64,000 nt of DNA from an uncultured SAR86 cluster bacterium (GCA_902586925.1 CACIJE010000001.1:78104-142103); one strand, 5' to 3'. Numbered from the stretch's first letter, positions 38,996 to 50,786 are shown. The notes: generated by a model from the sequence alone, not told the origin. Program-made: numbers and translations.

Positions 38996-39805
38996 ATGTT
39001 AAATGTTGCGCCAATTAAAATTGATACTACCGATGGAAGATTACCTTTAAAAGAAAAAGGTTTAGTTTTTCAAGAATTTGCAAATCCAGCTGAGGAAAGA
39101 CGTAATCAATTAGAAAAACTAGCAGCCGGATTTAGATTATTTGATTATTTTGGATTTAATGAGGGAGTTGCTGGCCATATTACTTACAGAGATCCAGAAT
39201 TTAAAGACCATTTTTGGGTAAATCCACTAGGTGTCCATTTCTCACAAATATCAGTTTCAGATCTTTTACTTGTAAATCATGACGGTAAAGTAATTCAAGG
39301 TGATAAAGATGTGAACGTTGCTGCTTTTGCTATTCACTCTAGACTTCATAAAGCAAGGCCTGATGTAAATGCAGCTGCACATTCTCATTCGATATACGGA
39401 AGAACCTTTTCAACGCTCGGTAAACTGCTTGATCCTATATCTCAGGATGCTTGTGCGTTTTACGAAAATCAGGGTATTTACAAAGATTTTTCAGGCGTGG
39501 TAGAAGAAGTTGATGAGGGTGATGAGATTGCGAAAGCTTTAGGCGATAAAAAAGTTGCTATACTTCAAAATCACGGTATTTTGACTACTGGCCCATCCGT
39601 AGATATAGCACTTTGGTTTTATATGTCTATGGAAAGATGTTGCCAAGCTCAATTAATGGCAGACTCTGCTGGAGAACCGGTTATCATACCTCACGAAACA
39701 GCTGTGAAAACTAGAGAATTTATTGCAAATGACATTGCTGCATGGGCAAGCTATCAACCTGCATTTGATAAGATAATTAAAATGCAACCAGATTTACTTG
39801 ATTAA
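38996..39805 (+). CDS. Class II aldolase/adducin-family protein
   Basis: GHITYRDPE..., HSHSIYG, and LQNHGILTTG. I chose the ATG at 38996 because GGAG lies 10 nt upstream; the track lists 38939. Confidence 0.75.
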   Translation: MLNVAPIKIDTTDGRLPLKEKGLVFQEFANPAEERRNQLEKLAAGFRLFDYFGFNEGVAGHITYRDPEFKDHFWVNPLGVHFSQISVSDLLLVNHDGKVIQGDKDVNVAAFAIHSRLHKARPDVNAAAHSHSIYGRTFSTLGKLLDPISQDACAFYENQGIYKDFSGVVEEVDEGDEIAKALGDKKVAILQNHGILTTGPSVDIALWFYMSMERCCQAQLMADSAGEPVIIPHETAVKTREFIANDIAAWASYQPAFDKIIKMQPDLLD

Positions 39806-41224
39806 TTAAGGAGAGATCACAGCCTTAGTTTCAAGACATTCTTCAAGACCATGAAGACCATGCTCTCTTCCATTGCCTGATGATTTATATCCACCAAAAG
39901 GTGCTCCTGTTCCTCTTGCACCTCCATTAATAATTATTTGTCCTGCTCTTATTTTTCTTGCAACTTCCTTTGCGTGACTCGGTTCACCCTGAACATATCC
40001 TGCAAGGCCATATTCTGTATCATTTGCCAACTCAATAGCTTCGTCTTCATTTTCATATTTAATTATTGATAGCACTGGGCCAAAGATTTCTTCTTTTGCA
40101 ATAGTCATATCATTTGTTACATTTGCAAAAACTGTTGGTTTTACATAGTAGCCTTTTTCACATCCATCAGGTTTTTCAATACCACCAGCAACCAATGTAG
40201 CTCCTTCTTCTATGCCAATTTCTATCATTCTTAGTATCTTTTCATATTGTGCTTTATTTGCGATTGGGCCTAGTCTAAACTCACCAAGAGGGTCTCCAAC
40301 TGAAGTGTTGTTTGCTGTTTTTACTGCAACTTCAACAGCTTTATCATAATTTTTAGCAGAAACTAACATTTTTGTTGGTGCATTACACGATTGTCCTGAA
40401 TTTAGGAAACAGTGGCCAGCTCCACCCTTTACTGATTTCTCTAAATCAGCAACATCGTCAAGAATTATGTTTGAGGATTTTCCACCCAACTCTTGATGAA
40501 CACGTTTTACTGAAACAGCAGATGCTTGCGCAACTGCAATACCAGCCTTTGTTGAGCCTGTGAATGACATCATAGCTATATCTGGATGTTCGGATAAAGC
40601 AGCTCCAACAATTGGGCCGTACCCATTAACAACATTAAATACACCATCTGGAACACCTGCTTTATCAAATACTTCTGCTAAAAGCATTGCGCAGTATGGA
40701 GATATTTCACTTGGTTTTAAAATCATAGTGCAACCAGCTGCCAGAGCTGCAGAAACTTTTGTTGTTATTTGATTCATAGGCCAATTCCATGGAGTAATCA
40801 TGCCAATGACTCCTATGGGTTCCTTTATTAAAGTGTAATCACCTTCAGGTTTTTCAAATTGATATTCTCTTAAAGCATCTAAAGTTTCTTGTATATTTTT
40901 AATTCCTGTTGACGCTTGAGCTCTCTCAGAAAGCCATATTGGAGCTCCCATTTCTTTTGTAATGATTTGTACAAAATCATCATATCTGTTTTTATATTCA
41001 GTAATGATATTATTAAGTAATTCTATTCTTTGTTCTTTTGAAGTACATTGATAAGAGTCAAAAGCTTCTAATGCTGCAGCTACAGCTTTATCAATATCTT
41101 TTTTTGTTCCAGCAGTGACTTGTCCAACAACTTCTTCATTAGCAGGATTAATTACATCAATTAACTCATTTGAATCAGATTTTACCCAATCACCATTGAT
41201 ATAAAAATTTAAATCATTACTCAT
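39806..41224 (-). CDS. NAD(P)-dependent aldehyde dehydrogenase
   Basis: HQELGGKS and the catalytic-Cys region FLNSGQSCNAPTK. 472 aa. Confidence 0.9.
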   Translation of the reverse strand: MSNDLNFYINGDWVKSDSNELIDVINPANEEVVGQVTAGTKKDIDKAVAAALEAFDSYQCTSKEQRIELLNNIITEYKNRYDDFVQIITKEMGAPIWLSERAQASTGIKNIQETLDALREYQFEKPEGDYTLIKEPIGVIGMITPWNWPMNQITTKVSAALAAGCTMILKPSEISPYCAMLLAEVFDKAGVPDGVFNVVNGYGPIVGAALSEHPDIAMMSFTGSTKAGIAVAQASAVSVKRVHQELGGKSSNIILDDVADLEKSVKGGAGHCFLNSGQSCNAPTKMLVSAKNYDKAVEVAVKTANNTSVGDPLGEFRLGPIANKAQYEKILRMIEIGIEEGATLVAGGIEKPDGCEKGYYVKPTVFANVTNDMTIAKEEIFGPVLSIIKYENEDEAIELANDTEYGLAGYVQGEPSHAKEVARKIRAGQIIINGGARGTGAPFGGYKSSGNGREHGLHGLEECLETKAVISP

Positions 41225-41287
41225 TACATTCTCCTTTGAACTTACGTTTAAAATTATAACTAAATACTTATTATTGAACTAGATTAT

Positions 41288-42967
41288 CTAAAATAAACCC
41301 TTTATCTCATTATCTTCATCAAGGCCTATAGCCTCAGCTGCAGGAACACGAGGAAGTCCAGGCATTGTCATAATTTCGCCACAAACGACGACAATAAATT
41401 CAGCTCCTGCAGAAAGTCTGACCTCTCTTATTGGTACCTCATGACCTGTTGGAGCTCCCATAAGAAGAGGATCAGTTGAAAAACTATATTGAGTTTTTGC
41501 CATACAAATTGGATAGCTGCCAAATCCATCTAGCTCAAATTTTTTAAACTGATTTCTGACTTTTTTATCAGCAATGATATCTTCTGCTCCATAAATGTTT
41601 TGTGCAATACATCGCGTCTTATCCCAGAGTGTCATATCATCATCATATAAAGTTTTGAATTCTGATAAATTTGAATCGGCTATTTTAGAAACTTCTAGAG
41701 CAAGATCTGCAGCACCCTCGCCTCCTTTTTCCCAATGCGACGATATCTTGCACTGAACACCAAGATTTTTACAATAACTAATAATTGCACTATGTTCTTT
41801 TTCAGTATCAGATACGTAATCATTTATTCCCACAATCACTGGTACTCCAAATTTAGTTATGTTTTGAATATGTTTTTCAAGGTTCTTACATCCCAGTATT
41901 ACTGCATCTACATTTTCTGACCCAAGATCTTCTTTTTTTACACCACCATGCATCTTCAAAGCTTTTGTTGTTGCAACTAAAACAACTACATCTGGCTTCA
42001 GGTTAGATTTTCTGCACTTAATATTAAAAAACTTTTCGGCACCTAGATCAGCACCAAATCCAGCTTCTGTAATTACATAATCAGAAAGTTTAAGAGCGGT
42101 TTTTGTAGAAATTACTGTATTGCAACCATGTGCAATATTTGCGAATGGGCCTCCATGCATAAATGCAGGATTATTTTCCAAAGTTTGAACTAAGTTTGGT
42201 TGGAAAGCATCTTTAAGTAAAGCTGTAACAGCACCATCCGCATTTAGTTGTTTTGCCCTAACCGGTTCGTTAGATTTAGTATATCCAATAACTATTTTTC
42301 CGATTCTATTTTGTAAGTCTTCAATGTCAGAAGCCAAACAAAAAACGGCCATAATTTCAGAGGCAACTGTAATATCAAAGCCACTTTGTCTTGGAATGCC
42401 ATTTCCAGTACCCCCTAAGCCACATGTTATATCTCTTAGTGATCTGTCATTCATATCGACAACACGCTTCCAAGTAATTCTTCTCGGATCAATATTTAAT
42501 TTATTATCCCAATGAATATGATTGTCTATCAATGCCGATAATAGATTATGAGCTGCTCCAATTGCATGAAAATCTCCAGTAAAATGTAAATTAATATCAG
42601 TCATAGGAATTACTTGAGCGTTACCACCTCCTGCAGCACCACCTTTCATTCCAAAACAGGGTCCTAAACTTGGTTCTCTGAGACAAATCATTGCTTTCTT
42701 ACCAATATGGCACAAACCATCAACAAGACCAACACTGGTAGTAGTTTTTCCCTCACCTGCAGGAGTTGGTGAGATTGCAGTTACTAGAATCAGTTTACCA
42801 TTTTCTTTTTTTGATAATGAATTTACGAAATTTGATTTCAATTTAGCCTTATCATCTCCAAACTTTATTAGAGCATTCTCATCAACGTCTAGTAATTTTG
42901 CTATCTCATGTATTGGTTTTTTGTTTGCAGCGTTAGCAATTTCTAAATCGCTAAGATAATTGGCCAT
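41288..42967 (-). CDS. fhs: Formate-tetrahydrofolate ligase
   Basis: P-loop [17 protein letters not shown]. 559 aa. GGAG ribosome-binding site upstream. Confidence 0.95.
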   Translation of the reverse strand: MANYLSDLEIANAANKKPIHEIAKLLDVDENALIKFGDDKAKLKSNFVNSLSKKENGKLILVTAISPTPAGEGKTTTSVGLVDGLCHIGKKAMICLREPSLGPCFGMKGGAAGGGNAQVIPMTDINLHFTGDFHAIGAAHNLLSALIDNHIHWDNKLNIDPRRITWKRVVDMNDRSLRDITCGLGGTGNGIPRQSGFDITVASEIMAVFCLASDIEDLQNRIGKIVIGYTKSNEPVRAKQLNADGAVTALLKDAFQPNLVQTLENNPAFMHGGPFANIAHGCNTVISTKTALKLSDYVITEAGFGADLGAEKFFNIKCRKSNLKPDVVVLVATTKALKMHGGVKKEDLGSENVDAVILGCKNLEKHIQNITKFGVPVIVGINDYVSDTEKEHSAIISYCKNLGVQCKISSHWEKGGEGAADLALEVSKIADSNLSEFKTLYDDDMTLWDKTRCIAQNIYGAEDIIADKKVRNQFKKFELDGFGSYPICMAKTQYSFSTDPLLMGAPTGHEVPIREVRLSAGAEFIVVVCGEIMTMPGLPRVPAAEAIGLDEDNEIKGLF

Positions 42968-43038
42968 AATTTCTCCATGATGTTCAAAAATATCCTCCAG
43001 TATACATATAAGATATTATGATAACTATAGAATTCTTT

Positions 43039-44454
43039 TTAATTTTTTGCGGCATTAAAAGCATCAACTGCTCTTAATCTAGATTCTTTTAAATCAAGGA
43101 TCTGTGTTGGATAATTTAAATGATTTCTTATTGCAGTTGTTGGATCATGTATTTCTTTTTTGTCTAAATCTTTAAGTTCAAATACATGTTTCTTAATAAA
43201 TTTACCCTGCCCATCAAAGTTTTTTGATTGAGTAATAGGATTAAAAATCCTAAAGTAAGGTGCAGCATCTGTTCCAGTTGAGCTACTCCATTGCCACCCA
43301 CCATTATTTGAAGAAAAATCTCCATCTAAAAGATTTTCCATAAAAAATGCTTCGCCCAATCTCCAATCATGAAGCATATTTTTAGTAAAAAACATTGCAA
43401 CAACCATCCTAAGTCTATTATGCATCCATCCTTCTGACTTAAGCTGTCTCATGGCAGAGTCAATTATAGGAAAACCAGTCATTCCATTTCTCCAAGCATC
43501 AAATTCTGCTTGATTAAAGCGCCACTTAATATTCTTGGTGTAATCCTGAAATGGCTGACCTTTGCTTACTTTTGGAAAACAAAACATAATATTTTTATAA
43601 AACTCTCTCCAAACAATTTCATCAATCCATTTAATTATGCCTTTCTCACCAGAATCTAATTCAAAATTATTTATCTTGAGCGCTTCTAAAATGCATCTTT
43701 TTGGTGAAATTATTCCCGATGCCAAATAAGGAGATAATCTGCTGGTGCCCTCTAAAATTGGATCATTTCTATTAATGGAATATTGAAAAACTTTTTTATC
43801 TAAATACTCTTCCAATATTAACAGTGCATTAGTTTCACCAATCTTCCAAATAGACATGTCAACAGAATGAGTTTTATTGAACTCAAAGTTAAACTCATCT
43901 ACATTTGATTTAATACCTGTATTATCTTTAGGAGCATATTTAAATTCGATATCTAAAAAATTTAAATTGAAGTTTTCAATCCATCTTCTCTTAAAAGGAG
44001 TAAATACTGAGTACGGTTTCTCTTCCTTTGTCCTAATTGTCCCTGGTGCAAATACTACCTGATCATTAAATGAACTATTTTTGATATTTTCTTTATCTAA
44101 AAGATCTTTTACTTTTTTATCTCTGTCATTTTCGTCAGCTCCAAACATATTGTTCCAATAGACATTTGATATTGATCTTTCTTTTACAATATCAAGAATT
44201 TTTCTAGGATTATCATTAAAGCCTTGTGAATCAACAATAGTAAGTGGAATATTAAGTTTTTTTAGATTTTGATTTAGGTCTGTTAAATTATTAATAATAA
44301 ACTCAATCTTACAATTTGCTTGATTATGAAGTTTCATTTGTTCTGATGAATAGATATAAATGCAATGAACTTCATCTGTTTCGATACATGCTTGTCTTAA
44401 TGCTGGATTGTCATCAATCCGAAGATCATTTCTTAACCAGACTAAACTTTTCAT
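43039..44454 (-). CDS. phrB: Deoxyribodipyrimidine photolyase (class I CPD type)
   Basis: WLRNDLRIDDNPAL at the N-terminus. FAD-binding C-terminal motifs WMHNRLRMVVAMFF and NNGGWQW. Confidence 0.9.
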   Translation of the reverse strand: MKSLVWLRNDLRIDDNPALRQACIETDEVHCIYIYSSEQMKLHNQANCKIEFIINNLTDLNQNLKKLNIPLTIVDSQGFNDNPRKILDIVKERSISNVYWNNMFGADENDRDKKVKDLLDKENIKNSSFNDQVVFAPGTIRTKEEKPYSVFTPFKRRWIENFNLNFLDIEFKYAPKDNTGIKSNVDEFNFEFNKTHSVDMSIWKIGETNALLILEEYLDKKVFQYSINRNDPILEGTSRLSPYLASGIISPKRCILEALKINNFELDSGEKGIIKWIDEIVWREFYKNIMFCFPKVSKGQPFQDYTKNIKWRFNQAEFDAWRNGMTGFPIIDSAMRQLKSEGWMHNRLRMVVAMFFTKNMLHDWRLGEAFFMENLLDGDFSSNNGGWQWSSSTGTDAAPYFRIFNPITQSKNFDGQGKFIKKHVFELKDLDKKEIHDPTTAIRNHLNYPTQILDLKESRLRAVDAFNAAKN

Positions 44455-44459
44455 AATTT

Positions 44460-45212
44460 TTATTTAACTTTTGAATTAGAAAAAATTACATCAACTTGAA
44501 AGTTATCCTTTTGATTAATAATTTCAGCCGAGCCACCTGCTGACTCAACTATAGCAGCACCAGCAATAATATCCCACAAAAAAATACCGTTCTCCTGATA
44601 TCTTTCAGCTTTGCCAGATGCAATGTAACATGCAGCCATTGCTGCAGAGCCAATCATTCTTATTTTTTGCCATTGCTGCATATCTTGAATCATGTTATCC
44701 AACGAGCTATATGAATAATCAGTTTTATATGGAAGGCCAGTTATTAAAATACTTTCTTTTTTATGTGATTTTTGAGAAACATTAATTGGCACATCATTCA
44801 TATTTGCAGAGTTTGAAGATATATCACCTGAGTACATTTGGTTATTACTAAAATCATATATAACCCCAAGTAGAGGCTTCATTTCTTTTACTAAACCAAT
44901 TGATACACAACATATGGGAATATCTCGACTGTAATTTGCAGTCCCATCAAGTGGATCGATTACCCAAAAAATTTCACCCAAATCTTCAGAGGATTTACCA
45001 CTTTCTTCAGCCAAGATAGGATATTCAGATTCTGAAGAAATAACAGATTTAATTAAATTTTCTGATTCGATATCAGCCTTTAATTTTACATCTTTTGAGT
45101 CATGATTTAGTCTTTTATTAATTTGATCTTTTTCGTTTAATAAAAATTCGCCTGACTTAAAAGCAGCTTTTTTTGCAAGAACAATATTCTTAGATAGATC
45201 TTGAGATGTCAT
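44460..45212 (-). CDS. Inositol monophosphatase family protein (SuhB-like)
   Basis: Metal-binding motifs EESG and WVIDPLDGTANY. Confidence 0.85.
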   Translation of the reverse strand: MTSQDLSKNIVLAKKAAFKSGEFLLNEKDQINKRLNHDSKDVKLKADIESENLIKSVISSESEYPILAEESGKSSEDLGEIFWVIDPLDGTANYSRDIPICCVSIGLVKEMKPLLGVIYDFSNNQMYSGDISSNSANMNDVPINVSQKSHKKESILITGLPYKTDYSYSSLDNMIQDMQQWQKIRMIGSAAMAACYIASGKAERYQENGIFLWDIIAGAAIVESAGGSAEIINQKDNFQVDVIFSNSKVK

Positions 45213-46334
45213 CTAACTTTTATATGAAACTCTGTAGATAACATTGTATTTGTCATCCGATATTAGCATCGAGCCGTCTTTCATAATAAATGGCGATACT
45301 GGTCTTCCCCAAGCTGACTCATTTGATAACCATCCAGTAATAAAATCTTCTTGATAAAGGTAATTACCATTATTATCGAGTTTTACAAAAACAATGGTGT
45401 ATCCAGATTTTTTAGTTCTGTTCCAAGAGCCATGAAGCGCAACAAAAATACTATTTTTGTATTTATCTGGAAAAACACTACCGTCATAAAAAGCAAGCCC
45501 CAATGGAGCAACATGTGGACCCAGTTCTGCAATTGGATCTACAAATTTTTTGTCAACAGTTGGAATAAGATGTCCAAACTCAGGATCAATAACGTCTTTT
45601 GCATGTTTGTATGGATATCCATAAAAACTTCCCTCTTCGTCAATTACATTTAACTCACATGATGGAGACTCATCTCCTAACCAATCTCTTCCATTATCAG
45701 AAAAATACATTTTTTTTGTTAAAGGATGCCAATCAAATCCAACACTGTTTCTTACTCCATCTGCAACCATAATTAACTCGCCATCTATATACTTATGAAT
45801 GGCTGCAAACCTTTTATCTTTAGTTTGAGGCTCGATACAAATGTTGCAAGGAACACCAACTGGAATATATAAATTACCATCAGGACCAAAATCAATATAC
45901 TTGAAACCATGCCAAGTCTCTGATGGTAAGTCATTCATATAAACTGTTTTATTTGGTAATGATTTAGAGTTACTATTAAGCCATTCATCGATTTCCTTAA
46001 CAATCCATATAGTATCTATTTCTGCAAAATATAAATCACCATTGTAAATACTTACCCCAGTAGGATTTTTTAAGCCTTCAGCTATTAATATTTTTTTTTC
46101 TGCGAAATCATCTTGGTCATTATCAAAAAGAGCATAAATTTTGTCACCTTTTTTTGAGCCAACAATCACATAACCGCTTTCGGTTTCAGATATCTGTCTT
46201 GGTGTGTTTATATTATCTGCAAAAACACTTATTTTAAAACCTTCTGGAAGGATTAAATTGTCTATATTTGTAGAATTTAGTGCAAAAGAGACAAACATAA
46301 TCATGCCATTCAAAATTAAACTATTATTTTTCAT
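45213..46334 (-). CDS. PQQ-dependent sugar dehydrogenase / sorbosone dehydrogenase-like beta-propeller
   Basis: Signal peptide. The pattern LPEGFKISVFA..., ...RNSVGFDWHP..., ...GPDGNLY... is typical of the YliI/SDH family. Confidence 0.65.
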   Translation of the reverse strand: MKNNSLILNGMIMFVSFALNSTNIDNLILPEGFKISVFADNINTPRQISETESGYVIVGSKKGDKIYALFDNDQDDFAEKKILIAEGLKNPTGVSIYNGDLYFAEIDTIWIVKEIDEWLNSNSKSLPNKTVYMNDLPSETWHGFKYIDFGPDGNLYIPVGVPCNICIEPQTKDKRFAAIHKYIDGELIMVADGVRNSVGFDWHPLTKKMYFSDNGRDWLGDESPSCELNVIDEEGSFYGYPYKHAKDVIDPEFGHLIPTVDKKFVDPIAELGPHVAPLGLAFYDGSVFPDKYKNSIFVALHGSWNRTKKSGYTIVFVKLDNNGNYLYQEDFITGWLSNESAWGRPVSPFIMKDGSMLISDDKYNVIYRVSYKS

Positions 46335-48237
46335 TTTTTACCTCAGTAAATCCCTCAACATTTTCTTTTAATATCTTTCTTATCTTTAATACATCATTTG
46401 TCATTGAAGCATTATATAAATCATCCAGAACTTTGGTCAAAACTTCCTTACTTGGATAATTTTCAATCGATTTAAATATTTTACTATTAGAAGTGTTAAA
46501 TTTATCACCTGATATCAATAATTCTTCATATAATTTTTCGCCAGGCCGTAAACCAATTTCTTGAATTTCAATACCCTCTCCTTGACCATCATGACTTATG
46601 TTTCTGCCTGACAAATATATTAATTTTTCAGCAAGTTCATATATTTTTACTTGATCTCCCATATCTAAAATAAAAACATCCCCACCATCCGCAAACTCAC
46701 CTGCTTGAATTACTAAGCTTGATGCTTCAGTAATAGTCATAAAGTATCTTGTTACTTCTTTATGTGTGATGGTAACAGGTCCGCCTTCAGCAATTTGTTT
46801 TCTAAAAAGAGGTATAACAGATCCAGAAGAATTAATAACATTACCAAAACGTACAATGCAATATTTAGTTTTATTGCTTTCAGCATCAATTGATTGAACC
46901 ACCATCTCTGCTAGCCTTTTTGATGCTCCCATAATATTTGTGGGCCTTACAGCTTTATCAGTTGAAATGACCACAACTTTTTTAACGCTGCAGTTAGATG
47001 CAACTTCACATAATGCTTGAGTACCAAAAATATTATTTTTGAGACCTTCTGAAATATTTTCATGATACTCAACTATAGGTACGTGTTTGTAAGCTGCAGC
47101 ATGATAAATATAGTCAATTCTATGATTGGAGATGATTTCATTCAATCTAACTTTATCTTTTACGTCACCTAAAACATAAATGATTTCAACTGAAGTTTCA
47201 TGTACTTTCAAGATTGATTCAATTTCTTCTTGAATTGAGTATAAATTAATCTCGGAAATCTCAAACAAAACAATTTTCTTTGGTTTTCCTAGCAAAGCTT
47301 GTCTAACTATTTCAGAACCAATTGATCCACCAGCCCCAGTAACCATGATATTTATACCAGAAAAGGATATTATTGAATTTTCTACAGAGTCTCTGGGTAA
47401 TATATCATCAATAGAAAGGTCTTGCATTTCAACCATCTTTTTCTGATTTGCAACAATTTCATGAAGAGACGGAATAGTGCGGACTGCTACCTTATACTTT
47501 TCAAGACTAGATATAATTGATCTTCTTTCTGACTGGCTAAGGCTCGGCATCGCTAAATAAACTTCTAAATCTGAATACAAATCAGACAACTGCTTTAAGT
47601 GTTTTTTCTTTCCATATATTTTAATACTATTTATTTCAGCCCCAACTAATGCTTTTGAATCATCGAAAAAACCTATAATGTTTATTTTTGGATTACGTTT
47701 AATCGACTGGTACAACTCATTTCCTGCAGTGCCTGCACCATATATTAAGATTGGTTTTCCAGTTTTTTTAAAACTAGAGTAATTTAAAATCATTCTCGCA
47801 AAATCTCTTGATATCTGCAAAAAAGCATAAAAAACATATGCTAAGAATAAAGATTTAAGAATTGTTGCAATTAAGTATTGATTTCTAACAATCTCATATT
47901 CTGCAGCATAAACAAAACCCCAAGAAACACCAAATATTACAGAGCCTTTTAAAGATCTTAAAATTAAGTCTCTTGATTCAGAATATCTTATTGAAGATCT
48001 ATAAAAACCAGATTGAATGAAGTAAAGGAATGTTACAAGTGTTGGAAAAATAAAATTATAAATATTCTGGATAATTACTCCGTATAAACTAACTTCAAAA
48101 TTTGAGGCAATTAGGGCAGTGAATGGAGGCCCAAATACTAACCAGCACGAAAATGCTGTAAATAAATCCACTAATGATAATATTATAAGCTTGTATCTTC
48201 TGGATAAACTTCTTAAAATTGCTAGAAAGGGTCTCAT
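46324..48237 (-). CDS. Membrane-bound nucleotide-sugar 4,6-dehydratase (CapD/WbpM/PglF family polysaccharide biosynthesis protein)
   Basis: N-terminal transmembrane segments, two Rossmann motifs (IYGAGTAGNE and VTGAGGSIGSE), and a catalytic-region YKHV-type SDR motif. Confidence 0.85.
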   Translation of the reverse strand: MRPFLAILRSLSRRYKLIILSLVDLFTAFSCWLVFGPPFTALIASNFEVSLYGVIIQNIYNFIFPTLVTFLYFIQSGFYRSSIRYSESRDLILRSLKGSVIFGVSWGFVYAAEYEIVRNQYLIATILKSLFLAYVFYAFLQISRDFARMILNYSSFKKTGKPILIYGAGTAGNELYQSIKRNPKINIIGFFDDSKALVGAEINSIKIYGKKKHLKQLSDLYSDLEVYLAMPSLSQSERRSIISSLEKYKVAVRTIPSLHEIVANQKKMVEMQDLSIDDILPRDSVENSIISFSGINIMVTGAGGSIGSEIVRQALLGKPKKIVLFEISEINLYSIQEEIESILKVHETSVEIIYVLGDVKDKVRLNEIISNHRIDYIYHAAAYKHVPIVEYHENISEGLKNNIFGTQALCEVASNCSVKKVVVISTDKAVRPTNIMGASKRLAEMVVQSIDAESNKTKYCIVRFGNVINSSGSVIPLFRKQIAEGGPVTITHKEVTRYFMTITEASSLVIQAGEFADGGDVFILDMGDQVKIYELAEKLIYLSGRNISHDGQGEGIEIQEIGLRPGEKLYEELLISGDKFNTSNSKIFKSIENYPSKEVLTKVLDDLYNASMTNDVLKIRKILKENVEGFTEVKNEK

Positions 48238-48308
48238 CTAATAATTTTACTTTAAAAAAAGATCCGTATATATATTAATGACAAAGAACCTGAATTAAAT
48301 AATTAGAG

Positions 48309-48761
48309 ATGTTCAATTTTTTTAAAAAAAATAAAAAATTAAATTCTGAAGAAACAGAGAATAAGCCCTCATTTGAAATAGAGTTGACTGCAGCGGTACT
48401 TGCATATGAAATTGCAAGATCTGATGGAGATATTTCTGAAGAAGAGTTAGAAGTTTTGATGGAAGAAATTGAAAAAATCGCAATAAAACTAAAAAAAGAT
48501 AAATATGAAATATATAAAATTATTGAAATATATAGCTCTGACAGCGTATCTTTTCACGAGTTTATTGAAGATATAAATAAAAATTACTCAAAAAATGATA
48601 AATTGCTGCTTCTAGAACTTCTATGGAAAACTGCTTTTGCTGATGGTAGGCTCGATGTTGATGAAGAACGTCTAGTAAGGAGATTAGCAGATTTAATCAA
48701 AATTAAGGATATAGAAGTTTTAAAATTAAAGGATTTGATAAAAAACATTAATCATAATTAA
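48309..48761 (+). CDS. TerB-like (tellurite-resistance TerB / DjlA N-terminal type) domain protein
   Basis: 150 aa, helical. LTAAVLAYEIARSDGDISEEELEVL ... LLWKTAFADGRLDVDEERLVRRLADLIKI matches the two-repeat TerB pattern. Confidence 0.55.
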   Translation: MFNFFKKNKKLNSEETENKPSFEIELTAAVLAYEIARSDGDISEEELEVLMEEIEKIAIKLKKDKYEIYKIIEIYSSDSVSFHEFIEDINKNYSKNDKLLLLELLWKTAFADGRLDVDEERLVRRLADLIKIKDIEVLKLKDLIKNINHN

Positions 48762-50652
48762 TGGAGCTGGCATTCTCTTTTATGAACTTTTCTGAATTTT
48801 TTCTGCTACATTGTCCATCATAATTATTTATATTTTCGTCATATAAGTCATTGCCTACAAAAGTATACATTTGATATAAAACAACGCATTTTTCTATTTC
48901 ATCTAATCTTTCATCATAAAATAATTCATTTGTTAAAGATTTAAGCGAAGTAATGTTTGAAGACATCCTTAGGTTTTTTTTATTATCTAAAATAATAAAA
49001 GACCTCGTCAATGATTCACTTTCAAGATATGGTTCCCATTTAACATTATTACTTGAATATCCAGGTTTGCCATTTTTAGCAAAATTTGTCCAAAATTTCA
49101 TCATATTGCGTGAAATATAAAAGCGTGAAATGCCTCTTGGGTAAATAAAATTAGAAACTGGTCTTCCACCAACAAGAGTGTTATCTCCAGCTAATAATGG
49201 AACTTCAAGTGCATGTGTTGCTCCAAAGAGCTTCTGAAAATCAGCAACAATAAACCTTCTCTGATCATCCCAGTCGAACCTATACGAATAAAGTTTATTA
49301 TTGCCAGCTTTTGCTAAAAAATTTAAAGGCTCATCAACACCTCTAACTTTCCAGGAATTGCTTCTATAGTAGTTAAATGCCTCATATGCATTCTCATCTT
49401 TCAAAATAATTTTTGGTAGCCCAAATATTGAGCCTACTATTGAAAAGTCCAGATCGACGAAATATTCTGAAAAAGCTAACCAAAATTTAACCTCGTCTCT
49501 ATTAGAGCCTATCATTGTAGGAACACTATTAACATGCTCTTTAATTGACAAAGCAGCTCTTAGTCCAACCTTGGGAATTACAATTCCATCATTTGTAAGT
49601 AAAGGTATTTCTTCAAAGTTTTTTCTATATGCATAATATTCATAAAACTCTTTCCCGGATAAGTCTAATAAAATATCTCTCAACTCTTGATTGTCATATT
49701 CATTTTGCTTTTTGTTACTTGGAATATTTTTGATAATTTTGTTTACTATTTCCCAACTTGAATAATTAGAACTAAAAGACTGATTAGTTTGTTTATATGC
49801 ATCTTTTAGTGATATAGATGTCGTATACCCTGACATTGAAATTGCTTTTTGAAAAAGTCCTTTTGCTTTAGAAGATACAAGCAAGGATAGAACATTATGG
49901 CCACCAGCTGACTCACCAAATACTGTAATATTATTTGGGTCGCCTCCAAAGAGGGTTATATTTTCATTCACCCATTCAAGAGCAGAAATAATATCTAAAG
50001 TTCCAAAATTTGAAGTCTTATCAATACCGTTTTGAAAGCCTTGAATTGCTGGATGAGTAAACCAGCCAAATGGGCCTAATCTATAGTTAATTCTAACGAC
50101 AATAACATCATATTTCCTTACTAATTTCCTAAAATCGTAAATATCTTTTAGACCTGAGGTATTTGAACCACCATGAATCCAAAACATAACAGGTAGTAAC
50201 CTTTTCGATTTATTTAATGGAGTAAAAATATCAAGGTAGAGACAGTCCTCGTTACCAGAAATAAATTCATTATTAGTAAAATCTGAGGAGCCACCAAAGC
50301 TTGATGTCCTTTGAATACAGAAATTTTCACTCTTCGGTTGAATTAGTTCTATGCTTGACTCTATTTTTTGAGGAGCTTTCCATCTCAAGTCACCTACTGG
50401 TGCTTTTGCGTATGGTATGTCTTCCCATATGTAAATACCTCTTCCAGAGGTAGGCTGAACAATTCCAGATGACGTATGCAATGTTTTTTTGATAGTGGAT
50501 GATTTCAATCCAAGACCTTTATTAGATGTTTGAGAATGAAGAAAATCACTTTGAATATCCTCCTTTGCCCCTTCAGACAAAACAATAGGAATGAATATTA
50601 AATTTATTGTAAAAGAAGAAATCGCTAATATTAATATATGAATATTTTTCAA
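48748..50652 (-). CDS. Secreted carboxylesterase, type B (cholinesterase-like alpha/beta hydrolase)
   Basis: Signal peptide, EDCLYLDIF, VMFWIHGG, and the nucleophile elbow FGESAGG. Confidence 0.85.
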   Translation of the reverse strand: MKNIHILILAISSFTINLIFIPIVLSEGAKEDIQSDFLHSQTSNKGLGLKSSTIKKTLHTSSGIVQPTSGRGIYIWEDIPYAKAPVGDLRWKAPQKIESSIELIQPKSENFCIQRTSSFGGSSDFTNNEFISGNEDCLYLDIFTPLNKSKRLLPVMFWIHGGSNTSGLKDIYDFRKLVRKYDVIVVRINYRLGPFGWFTHPAIQGFQNGIDKTSNFGTLDIISALEWVNENITLFGGDPNNITVFGESAGGHNVLSLLVSSKAKGLFQKAISMSGYTTSISLKDAYKQTNQSFSSNYSSWEIVNKIIKNIPSNKKQNEYDNQELRDILLDLSGKEFYEYYAYRKNFEEIPLLTNDGIVIPKVGLRAALSIKEHVNSVPTMIGSNRDEVKFWLAFSEYFVDLDFSIVGSIFGLPKIILKDENAYEAFNYYRSNSWKVRGVDEPLNFLAKAGNNKLYSYRFDWDDQRRFIVADFQKLFGATHALEVPLLAGDNTLVGGRPVSNFIYPRGISRFYISRNMMKFWTNFAKNGKPGYSSNNVKWEPYLESESLTRSFIILDNKKNLRMSSNITSLKSLTNELFYDERLDEIEKCVVLYQMYTFVGNDLYDENINNYDGQCSRKNSEKFIKENASSINYD

Positions 50653-50708
50653 TTTTTATATGTCTTATGTATTACTAAAAGAAAGTAGCATAATATTATA
50701 TATAATTT

Positions 50709-50785
50709 CGGGATGTAGCGCAGCCTGGTAGCGCACTACACTGGGGGTGTAGTGGTCGTCGGTTCAAATCCGGCCATCCCGACCA
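50709..50785 (+). tRNA. tRNA-Pro (anticodon GGG), CCA encoded
   Basis: Folded by hand. Acceptor stem CGGGATG/CATCCCG, D stem GCGC/GCGC, anticodon stem CTACA/TGTAG with loop CTGGGGG, T stem GTCGG/CCGGC with loop TTCAAAT, discriminator A plus CCA. 77 nt. Confidence 0.9.
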
Positions 50786-50786
50786 A